Source: Halomicronema hongdechloris C2206
GTDB taxonomy: Bacteria; Cyanobacteriota; Cyanobacteriia; Phormidesmidales; Phormidesmidaceae
Assembly: GCF_002075285.3 (NCBI RefSeq)
Contig: NZ_CP021983.2
Span: 4,200,001-4,232,000, forward strand
Direction of reading: 5' to 3'
DNA: 32,000 bases
Position 1 is the first letter of the stretch. Each line of letters begins with the position of its first letter. A model generated the notes under the pieces. It made no database searches. It was given only the letters and a program-made list of their open reading frames with translations, and was not told the DNA's origin. Positions 1 to 7,478 of this stretch are shown here, piece by piece. A program made the position numbers and the translations under genes.

Positions 1-2172
1 ACCCACCTCAAGGGGGAGGCCCGCACCCTGCGCGCCGATGTGGCCGACACCATTGCCCTACGGCGACGTAAGGGCACCTTGGATGCGATCGCATGGTTGA
101 CCTACAACCTCAGCGGCTGGGGCGTCCACGGGGTGGAGCTACGGGAAAATCTGCTCTGGACCCAGCACCTAAACCACCAACGGCCCGATGCCGGCGGTGT
201 CCCCCCCTATAGCCTGCCTGGGGTCAGCCGCTTTACTCCCATTCGCGGCGGCACCGTACCGGTGCGGGATGCCGCCATGCTCAGCCTGGTCAACACCCCC
301 TTCGATCCTTTCGGCCACACGGTGGATGTAAAACCGCCCGGCCTCGACGCGGTGCGCTACAACCTGCCCAACCTGGCCATTTTCCTCTGGCGGCTGGCGG
401 CCTATCGGGTCACCGTGTCACCCCCCGTCATCCGGGACGTGATCGACAACAGCGCCGCCGGAACCGGAGCCAGCTTTATCCTGCGAGTGGATGTCCATCC
501 CCTGGGGCAGCCGCTGCGGCTGTTTAACACCAGCCGCTTCGACCCCAACCAGAGGCCACCGGTGGTATCGCAGTTGGATCAGACCCCTGGCCCCATCCCC
601 CCAGCCCGCTTGAACCAAGGCTCCGCCGCCGGGGTCCCTGAGGCCTATGTGCAGGTGGACACCTACGACCCAGCCAGCCTCAGCAATCCCGATCTAGACA
701 CCGTCGACCGCCTCGACATCGGTGCGGTGGGCCTGCAGCTGCATCTGCCCGAACCCGAGTTTACCAACCGCTCCTGGCCCCGCTCAGAGCCGCCGCCACC
801 GCCTGCCTGGACCCTGCGAGGAGATAATCTCTGCGCCTGGGAAACCGGCCTGGCTCGCCCCCTGCAGAATAACGAGATCGCCGTCGATCCGGTGATTGGC
901 CGCCTGCTGATCGGGGTGGAGACCGCCGCCGCGGCCGCCGCCCTGGAGACGGGATTGCTGCTGACCCACACCTATGGGGCGGTGGGACCAGTGGGGGCCC
1001 ACCCGCTGTCCCGCCAGCCGCTGCCGGACACCTGGCAAGGGGAGACGGTGGCGGTGCGTCCGGTGAATTTTCACAGTGACCCCAATGGCTTGCAGGCGGC
1101 CCTACATGATATCCAGACCGCCACCGCCCCCATCGTCATCGAGATTCGAGACAGCATGGTGCATGAGCTGGATTTAGGGGCCATTGCATCCCCCCTCGAC
1201 GAAGCCGGGGGCTTCAACCTGCGCCTCAACCGCAGCCTGATCATCCGGGCCGCCAGCGGTCAGCGCCCCCTGATTCGCCTCAGCCAACCGTTGCGATTTC
1301 GCCCCAGCCGAGTCTTCGATCCCGATCCCGAGGTGCAAACTCAGTTGGATGCGGTGATGGACCGCCTCACCGTGCGCCTAGAAGGACTCTATCTGACCCG
1401 AGCAGCGGGCTTCCCCGCCGGGGACCCCCTGATTGCCCGAGCCGCCCTGCACAGCCTGGAACTGGTGGACTGCATCCTGGATCCCGGTGGTTTCCAGCAA
1501 CTGGACGGCAGTCGTGCCCCCATCCGCCCAGCCTTAGAACTAGCCAATTTCTATGGCTTTCCCCCCGGCTCCGACCAGGAGGTCGCCTTCAACCAAACCC
1601 CCGAAATTCACCTGCAGCGCACCATCAGCGGCCCCTTAACCATCGACACTGACTACCGCCTCTTTCTCACCCACGCCCTGCTCGATGCCGGCAAGGGAGT
1701 GGGCGATGCCCCCGATGACAGCTTTGCCGTGGCCGGGCCGGGGTCCCTACCAGAGGGACGCTGGGGGCCGCCTACCGTCGTGAATGGCCTCACCGTTTTC
1801 GGCCGCATGCGGGTAGATGAGATTCGCGGCCAGGGAGGCATCTGGGTCCATGCCCTAGAGGTATTGCACAACCAAACCGGCTGCCTCAAGTTCAGCTATT
1901 TCTCTGGCCAGGGGGACCGATTGCCCCAGCACCATGGCTGTGTCACTGGCCCGGAGGCGCGGCTGCGCTTCATCAGTGAGATCTGCGGCCAACCCGCCTA
2001 CGGTCAACTGGCCCGCAGCAGCGACTTTCGCATTCGCGAACGCGGCCCCGGAGACGACGCCATGGGGGCCTTCGGATTTTTGCTAGAGGCCCATAAATGG
2101 CGAAATCTGCAGATTCGCTACCGCGAATTTATGCCCCTGGGCGTGAGCCCCCTATTAATTCCGGTGACCTGA
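1..2172 (+). CDS. Phage-tail/eCIS baseplate wedge protein, P2 gpI-like (Afp12 position), 5'-partial with a long C-terminal extension
   Basis: Frame 1 has no stop from nt 1 up to the GTG at 40 used by the ORF track, so the gene probably begins upstream of the window. Stop is TGA 2170-2172. The first visible residues (..TLRADVADTIALRRRKGTLDAIAWL..) resemble, from memory, the conserved R-x-KGT block of the Tail_P2_I family. The remaining ~680 aa has no motif I recognise. The next gene starts 10 nt later, with GAGGAG (2171-2176) overlapping this stop. Confidence 0.6.
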   Translation, partial: THLKGEARTLRADVADTIALRRRKGTLDAIAWLTYNLSGWGVHGVELRENLLWTQHLNHQRPDAGGVPPYSLPGVSRFTPIRGGTVPVRDAAMLSLVNTPFDPFGHTVDVKPPGLDAVRYNLPNLAIFLWRLAAYRVTVSPPVIRDVIDNSAAGTGASFILRVDVHPLGQPLRLFNTSRFDPNQRPPVVSQLDQTPGPIPPARLNQGSAAGVPEAYVQVDTYDPASLSNPDLDTVDRLDIGAVGLQLHLPEPEFTNRSWPRSEPPPPPAWTLRGDNLCAWETGLARPLQNNEIAVDPVIGRLLIGVETAAAAAALETGLLLTHTYGAVGPVGAHPLSRQPLPDTWQGETVAVRPVNFHSDPNGLQAALHDIQTATAPIVIEIRDSMVHELDLGAIASPLDEAGGFNLRLNRSLIIRAASGQRPLIRLSQPLRFRPSRVFDPDPEVQTQLDAVMDRLTVRLEGLYLTRAAGFPAGDPLIARAALHSLELVDCILDPGGFQQLDGSRAPIRPALELANFYGFPPGSDQEVAFNQTPEIHLQRTISGPLTIDTDYRLFLTHALLDAGKGVGDAPDDSFAVAGPGSLPEGRWGPPTVVNGLTVFGRMRVDEIRGQGGIWVHALEVLHNQTGCLKFSYFSGQGDRLPQHHGCVTGPEARLRFISEICGQPAYGQLARSSDFRIRERGPGDDAMGAFGFLLEAHKWRNLQIRYREFMPLGVSPLLIPVT

Positions 2173-2182
2173 GGAGACCACG

Positions 2183-2383
2183 ATGAAAGGCGACTTTTCC
2201 AACTGGTATTTTGACCCCAACGACAACTTCAGTGGCGTTCTAGAGCAACAGGGCCGGGTGCGTCTCGACCGCGATGGGCTGGCCCAGACTCAGATCACCA
2301 CCCACTGGCAAGACACCACTGGCCAAGCCGTCCTGGGGCCGGGGGGTGATGGCCATTCCCGCCAATGCCATCGACGGCTTTAA
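2183..2383 (+). CDS. Fragment 1/3: DUF6519-like N-terminus
   Basis: ATG at 2183 sits 7 nt after a GGAG. The N-terminus MKGDFSNWYFDPNDNFSGVLEQQGRVRLDRD matches, from memory, the very conserved MKGDFSR..fdp...Y.gVl.QQGRV.LD.D start of DUF6519 proteins. The frame ends 37 nt after the G6 run. Confidence 0.55.
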   Translation: MKGDFSNWYFDPNDNFSGVLEQQGRVRLDRDGLAQTQITTHWQDTTGQAVLGPGGDGHSRQCHRRL

Positions 2384-5030
2384 GGTCACCGCCGCCAGCG
2401 TCGACGCTGGCCAGGTGGTTCTGACCCTGCAGCCTGGGCACGGCTGGGCCGATGGGCGCCTGGTGCACCTCAATGGCAGTGACCCTGTCATGCGGCTGGC
2501 CACTTACCTAACCCCCCCGATTCAAACCCCAGGGGCCACCGTCGACAGCCTTGAGGTAGGGGTGCGCGACGCCGTGGTGCTAGACGTGTGGCGCGAGGCC
2601 CTGAACGGCTTTCAGCGACCCGACACTCTGATTGAACCGGCCCTGGGTGGCCCCGACACCAGCGAGCGGCTGCACACGGCCATGGCCCTGCGGCTCTACC
2701 GGCTCAGCCCGGGGGAAACCTGCTGCACCATCGCCACCGCCTTGCAAGATCCCCTGGCCAGCCAAGGCAAACTCACGGTCTCGCTGCAACCTACCGAGGT
2801 GATCGACGGCGACTGCCCGGTGGTGGCTGGTGGCGGCTACACCGGCTTCGAACATTTGCTCTACCGCATCGAAATTGCCCAGGTCGATACTGGCATCCCC
2901 AGCTTCAAATGGTCCCAATTCAATGGCGGCTTGGTGGGCCGGGGCCGGTTTAATGCCGCCACTCGGCGGGTGATGATTACCGCTAACCTGCAAGCCATCA
3001 GCACCGCCAGACTCGATCAGTTCTATTTAGAGGCCATCCAGTACGACCCCCTGTCACCGGCCACCCCGGGCCGGGGCCACTGGCGGGTCACCTATGGGGC
3101 TCAGGCCACCTTAAATAGCGATAACGAGCTGGAACTAGCCGATACACCGTTATTTGGCACCATTCCCAGCGGTGACAGCCCCGTTTTCTTCCGGCTGTGG
3201 AATGGTATTGAGCAGATCGGCGATTTTCTCGCCCCCGTGCCCGGCAACGAGCCGGTTGAACTCCTGGACGGCATTCGCCTGGTGTTTGAGGCTCCGGCCG
3301 CCGCCAACTACCGCCCTGGAGACTACTGGACCTTCCCGGTACGGGCGGGGGAGGTGGGCAACCCCGAAACCCTGATCGATGCCCAGCCCCCAGCAGGAAT
3401 TCACTACCAGCGGGTGCCCCTGGCGGTGCTCACCTGGAATGAGGCGCAAACCCTCAGCTTTGACAATGCCGACATCGAAGACTGCCGGGAGATTTTCAAC
3501 CCCCTGACTAACCAACGGGTATGCTGCACGTTCACCGTAGGCGATGGTCGCTCCAGCCACGGTGACTTTGATGCTATTGAGGAGGCCCTGCGTCATCTAC
3601 CGGCCTCGGGGGGCGAGATTTGCCTGTTACCGGGGCTGCACGAAACCAATGCCCAGCTTGACAATCGGCACCATATCAAGATCAAGGGCTGTGACAAGCA
3701 CACCCGGGTGGTGCCCCGCGACCGGGAAGCCCCGATCTTTCAGGTGGTCGACAGCCGGTGCATTGTTTTAGAGCATATGGATTTGGTCACCCTGGGCGGG
3801 GTAGCCATGGCCCTGCACGGCAGCGAAGCCGGTTCCCTGCAAGACATCGACATCGGCCACAATCGCGTTATCGCCTGCCAGCAAGCCATTGTGGTACAGC
3901 AGGGCCAGGGGATTCACATCCACCACAACCTGATCCGCATGCTCGACAAGGCCGGAGCCGGGGTGGCTATCTATCTCGCCGCCGACGATAGCCGCATCGA
4001 CGCCAACGACATTGGCGTCATCCCTGCCCCTAGCCTGCCCCCCGTCGATCAACCCGGGGAGGAGCCAGTGCCAGACCCCACCGATCCCTGTGCCCAGTTA
4101 GAGCTGATTTATGGCAATATCCCGGTTTTCACCGCCTATATCGCCCAGATCTGGGCCATTAGCCTGCTGTTTTTGCCCAGTAATCCCTTCAATGCCCTAG
4201 GGGGGATTCAAATCGCCGGTGGTTCGGAGCGGGTAGCCATTCTCGATAATCAGATTACTGGCGGAGCCGGTAATGGCATTGCCCTGGGCACCTCCCTGGC
4301 CGAGTTTCTGGCCGGCTTAGACCTAGAGGGCGACGCCACACCCCCCACCATCAACCATGATGGCCCCGAGCTCTGGGGGGGAGTACGCTTAGCCGGCAGC
4401 CCCCAAGCCAACCTGACTCTCCAGTTTGAGCCCAGTGATGGCACCCGACTCACCGCCCTAACAGACACCGCCGGCACCTTCTTGATCGAGGCCACCCCTG
4501 GCACTTACCAGGTGTCGGTGCTCTCGCCAGGCTATCAAATCGCCGCCATTACCCCCGAGAGTCGGGGCGAATTCGGCACCTTTTATCAGATTGAATTAGA
4601 GCGCTCATCCCTGGATCTGAGCGATCTGATTGCCTTTCTCTACGACCTGTCCATTCACCACAACACCATCTCGACTATGGGGCTTGCGGGCATTGGCCTG
4701 CCCACCATTGAGGTGCCTGACGACCTAGCTAGCAACAATCAGACACTCTCGCGGCTGCTGGGATTCTATGCCCAGGTGCTGCGGATCTTCGGCAACCCCG
4801 TCCTGGGGCTCGATATCACGGACAACCATATCTTCCAATGTTTTCAGAACCCCCTCACCCAGGCCCTGCGGGACCTCATCGGCCAGCGCGGCCTCGGGGG
4901 CATTTCCCTGGGGCTCTGTGCCGACGTGACCATTCACCGCAACCGCATCGAGAAAAATGGTGGCGTCTACACCAAACCCACCTGTGGCATCTGGATTACC
5001 TATGGCGAAGAGGTGGATATCACCCCATAA
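2349..5030 (+). CDS. Fragment 2/3: right-handed beta-helix repeats plus a CarboxypepD_reg-like beta-sandwich (fibre/spike-like)
   Basis: The ORF-track frame is 2274..5030, and the first ATG in it is 2349. Beta-helix-type repeats include IDIGHNRVIACQQAIVV, IHIHHNLI, RIDANDIGV, ILDNQITGGAGNGI, LSIHHNTI, LDITDNHIF and VTIHRNRIEKNGG. An inserted segment GTFLIEATPGTYQVSVLSPGYQ is typical of the carboxypeptidase-regulatory-like fold. Confidence 0.7.
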   Translation: MAIPANAIDGFKVTAASVDAGQVVLTLQPGHGWADGRLVHLNGSDPVMRLATYLTPPIQTPGATVDSLEVGVRDAVVLDVWREALNGFQRPDTLIEPALGGPDTSERLHTAMALRLYRLSPGETCCTIATALQDPLASQGKLTVSLQPTEVIDGDCPVVAGGGYTGFEHLLYRIEIAQVDTGIPSFKWSQFNGGLVGRGRFNAATRRVMITANLQAISTARLDQFYLEAIQYDPLSPATPGRGHWRVTYGAQATLNSDNELELADTPLFGTIPSGDSPVFFRLWNGIEQIGDFLAPVPGNEPVELLDGIRLVFEAPAAANYRPGDYWTFPVRAGEVGNPETLIDAQPPAGIHYQRVPLAVLTWNEAQTLSFDNADIEDCREIFNPLTNQRVCCTFTVGDGRSSHGDFDAIEEALRHLPASGGEICLLPGLHETNAQLDNRHHIKIKGCDKHTRVVPRDREAPIFQVVDSRCIVLEHMDLVTLGGVAMALHGSEAGSLQDIDIGHNRVIACQQAIVVQQGQGIHIHHNLIRMLDKAGAGVAIYLAADDSRIDANDIGVIPAPSLPPVDQPGEEPVPDPTDPCAQLELIYGNIPVFTAYIAQIWAISLLFLPSNPFNALGGIQIAGGSERVAILDNQITGGAGNGIALGTSLAEFLAGLDLEGDATPPTINHDGPELWGGVRLAGSPQANLTLQFEPSDGTRLTALTDTAGTFLIEATPGTYQVSVLSPGYQIAAITPESRGEFGTFYQIELERSSLDLSDLIAFLYDLSIHHNTISTMGLAGIGLPTIEVPDDLASNNQTLSRLLGFYAQVLRIFGNPVLGLDITDNHIFQCFQNPLTQALRDLIGQRGLGGISLGLCADVTIHRNRIEKNGGVYTKPTCGIWITYGEEVDITP

Positions 5031-5901
5031 CACCGTTGCCGACAATGCCCCCGTTACCGCAAATGCCACGGCAACGCTGCAACCCGGCCAGCGCAGCGGC
5101 ATTGCTGCGTTTGCCTCGGCCTTCTCAATTCTCAACGTTCTCTTGGCCGAAAACCGCGATCCCGCTGCCCTGGTGAACCGCCGCCCCGCCGCTCGCATTC
5201 AAGATAACAATGTCGATCAGCCGGCCGGTCGGGCCCTGACCCTGTTGGCTTTTGGGCCAGTCACCCTGCTCAACAACCAATTCAATAGTGAACGCTCTGG
5301 CCTCACGCCGCTGGAGCGCTATGTGGGCAGCGTGCTGGTGCTGAATCTGGGGGGCTTGAACCAAGCCGGCAGCTTCATCGGCAGCCCTGGTTCGAGCGCC
5401 AGTAATGATTTTAATAACATCGCCAGCCGCCGGCCCAACTTCCAGCGCGAGACTCTCTTTCGCCTGCCCAATGGCCTCACCCTCTTTAATAGTAATCAGA
5501 CTCGCCAGGGACTAGAGCATCAAAGCCTGCTGTCGCAACTGCTGTGGAGCGCCGATGATCTCGGCTTTGACGGCAACCAATCGGAAGCCCTGTCCCCCGG
5601 CTTTCCTTTAGGCGATAACATTGGGGCATTAATTAATACTGGCCTGCTGGCCGCCACCCTGCGAGCCAGCGATAGCCGCTTCAAAGAACCCCTGCGCTCT
5701 AGCCAATCCGCCTTCCATTTTTCGCTGTTCACCTTGAGTACCCTGATGAATACCACCACGCTGAATCAGGGCAGCCATTGCATGGTTGCCAGTAATCTGG
5801 CCCCAGGCCGCGATGCGATCGCAAGGGGTAACCAGGTGCTCGACACCACCTTCTGCCCCCGCTTCAACGACACCCAGGCCTTTGCCCCCATCGATGATTA
5901 A
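5026..5901 (+). CDS. Fragment 3/3: C-terminal part of the fibre-like protein
   Basis: The ORF-track frame is 4957..5901. Sense continuation begins at HNTVADNAP (nt 5026) directly after the C4 run. Stop is TAA 5899-5901. There is no independent SD or start signal. Confidence 0.55.
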   Translation, partial: HNTVADNAPVTANATATLQPGQRSGIAAFASAFSILNVLLAENRDPAALVNRRPAARIQDNNVDQPAGRALTLLAFGPVTLLNNQFNSERSGLTPLERYVGSVLVLNLGGLNQAGSFIGSPGSSASNDFNNIASRRPNFQRETLFRLPNGLTLFNSNQTRQGLEHQSLLSQLLWSADDLGFDGNQSEALSPGFPLGDNIGALINTGLLAATLRASDSRFKEPLRSSQSAFHFSLFTLSTLMNTTTLNQGSHCMVASNLAPGRDAIARGNQVLDTTFCPRFNDTQAFAPIDD

Positions 5902-5918
5902 TGCCGTATTCAGAATTC

Positions 5919-6053
5919 AAAACTCAAAACTCAAAACTCAAAACCCAAAACTCAAAACTCAAAACTCAAAACTCAAAACCCATTCCCATCCCCCATCACT
6001 CCATCACCCCATCACCCCATCACTCCATCTCCGCCCTCCGCCCTCCGTCCTCC
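5919..6053 (+). repeat. Composite short tandem repeat block: (AAAACTC/AAAACCC)x9, (CCATCACY)x5, (GCCCTCC/GTCCTCC)x3
   Basis: Counted unit by unit. Heptamers run 5919-5981, octamers 5993-6032 and heptamers 6033-6053. The block fills the gap between the TAA at 5899-5901 and the ATG at 6066. It resembles the STRR-type heptamer repeats of cyanobacteria. Confidence 0.95.
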
Positions 6054-6065
6054 GCAGAACCTGCC

Positions 6066-7469
6066 ATGTTTAACTCACCCCGCGCCAATGCCCGCCAAAG
6101 TGACCTGAGCCAACTCGGCCATGAGCTGCTACAGGCCTTAGCTGCCGCCGCCGATGGTCAGATGGAGGGGTTACAACAAACCCGTGACACCCAAGTGGCG
6201 ATGACCGCCCTACTGCAAACCGAAGCCCAGCGGTTACAGCACAAATATGGCCCTGACCACAGCCGGGTGCAGCAAATCAACACCACCCTGCAGCGCAACA
6301 CCGCCATCGTCAATGACCTGGCGGTGGAGCTGGAAATTGCCACTATTCGTCAGCCCGACGTCGATGAAAAATCAGCCTTGGTGCAGGGGCGAGTAGTGGA
6401 TCGACGCTACCGGGGCATGGCTGGCCTGGTAGTGTACTTGGGCAATGAGCAACGGCAACCGCTGCGGTTTTTGGGCACGGCCGAGACCGATGGCTCTGGG
6501 TACTACGCCCTGACCATTGCCCCGGAAACCCTGGCCAAACTGGCAGAAGCCGCCCCCGATGGGGTGTTTCTGGGGGTGTGTACCCCCCAGGGCAGAGTAG
6601 TCTACCAGCGCCCCGAGGCCATCTTCCCCCAGGGGGGCGATCGCCTCACCTTGGAAGTCGTGCTGCAGCGCGACGATCTCAGCCCCGTCGATGGCGGCAA
6701 ACCGGTGGAACCGCCTGCTGCCAAAGCTTGGGTAGTACGAGGTCAGGTGGTCGATGCCAACACCAGTGAGGCCATTGCCGGGGTCCAGGTCAGCGCCATT
6801 GACAATAACCGCCGCTTTGACGACAAACTGGGCTCCGCCATCACCGATGCCAAGGGAACCTTTCGCATCACCTACGACTTTCAAAGCCGCCATGATGCCC
6901 CGGAAGACCGCGGCCCCGATCTCTATGTCACCGTCATTGATGAGGCCGGGAACCAGCTGTTTTCGTCTCAGTCGGAGCTGCGGCCCAATGCCAGCCGCGA
7001 GGAGGAATTTAAAATTGCGATCGCAGCTTCAACCACCCCTGGTGCAACGGAGCTGCCCTTGAATGGCTCTGTCCTCTGGTTCGCCACTGGGTCCACCAAA
7101 TTCCGCCAAGACGACGACCGCCTGAATGGAGAACGCCTGCTCAAACTAGCCATCCGCCGGACCCAGCAATTTATTCGCCAGAACCCCAACGGCCAGATTG
7201 CCCTGCAAGGCTATGCCAGCAGCGAAGACGGGACCCCAGAAGAGGCGCTCTCCCTGGCAGAAAAACGGGCCGAGGTCGTGCAAGCGATGCTAGTTCAGGC
7301 CAATCTACCCGCCAATCAACTCTCCGTCGCTGCCCAAGGCATCGATGACAGCTACGCCGAGGTGTCACTCAACCAACGCGTCGACATTGTACTGTTGCCA
7401 GGACGTCTAGGACGCGATCGCATCGGCAACCGCCCGCGCGGCAATCGGTTCGATCCTAGCCGCTTTTGA
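6066..7469 (+). CDS. Coiled-coil / beta-sandwich (CarboxypepD_reg or transthyretin-like) protein with a C-terminal OmpA-family peptidoglycan-binding domain
   Basis: The start is set to ATG 6066 (MFNSPRANARQ..), because the ORF-track start at 5901 only translates the repeat block. Beta-sandwich-like segments include VQGRVVDRRYRGMAGLVVYLGN, VRGQVVDANTSEAIAGVQVSAIDN..KGTFRITY and DLYVTVIDEAGNQLF. The C-terminus, F.TGSTKF..(n)..IALQGYASSEDGTPEEALSLAEKRAEVVQAMLVQANLPANQLSVAAQG..NQRVDIVLLP, follows the OmpA_C pattern (GxxS/D..G....N..LS..RA..V...L.......G.G....NRRV.I). Confidence 0.8.
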   Translation: MFNSPRANARQSDLSQLGHELLQALAAAADGQMEGLQQTRDTQVAMTALLQTEAQRLQHKYGPDHSRVQQINTTLQRNTAIVNDLAVELEIATIRQPDVDEKSALVQGRVVDRRYRGMAGLVVYLGNEQRQPLRFLGTAETDGSGYYALTIAPETLAKLAEAAPDGVFLGVCTPQGRVVYQRPEAIFPQGGDRLTLEVVLQRDDLSPVDGGKPVEPPAAKAWVVRGQVVDANTSEAIAGVQVSAIDNNRRFDDKLGSAITDAKGTFRITYDFQSRHDAPEDRGPDLYVTVIDEAGNQLFSSQSELRPNASREEEFKIAIAASTTPGATELPLNGSVLWFATGSTKFRQDDDRLNGERLLKLAIRRTQQFIRQNPNGQIALQGYASSEDGTPEEALSLAEKRAEVVQAMLVQANLPANQLSVAAQGIDDSYAEVSLNQRVDIVLLPGRLGRDRIGNRPRGNRFDPSRF

Positions 7470-7478
7470 GAAAGTACC

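Larger units (their letters stand above)
2183..5901 (+). pseudogene. DUF6519-like / parallel beta-helix fibre-like giant gene (~1240 aa if repaired), interrupted by two single-base frame breaks
   Basis: Three consecutive same-strand ORFs (2183..2383, 2274..5030, 4957..5901) join into one reading frame if one G is removed from the G6 run at 2341-2346 and one C from the C4 run at 5023-5026. The repaired junctions read ..GQAVLGPGVMAIPANAIDGFKV.. and ..GEEVDITHNTVADNAPV... The second junction restores the beta-helix repeat pattern seen earlier in the protein (LDITDNHIF, VTIHRNRIE). Confidence 0.5.

Noticed and set aside
2341-2346. Programmed +1 ribosomal frameshift or phase-variable switch in the fibre-like gene
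   Set aside because: This cannot be excluded. However, a second break occurs at a mere C4 run, and three further homopolymer-associated frame breaks occur in unrelated genes. Indel error is therefore the simpler explanation.
5919-6053. CRISPR array (also considered at 10865-10900 and 15586-15932)
   Set aside because: The units are 7-12 bp and directly abutting, with no spacers. There are no cas genes in the window.
5901-6065. N-terminal extension of ORF 5901..7469 (MPYSEFKTQNSKLKTQNSKLKTQNSK..HHSITPSPHHSIS..)
   Set aside because: It is simply the translation of the heptamer/octamer tandem repeats. The ATG at 5901 overlaps the previous gene's TAA. ATG 6066 begins normal protein-like sequence.
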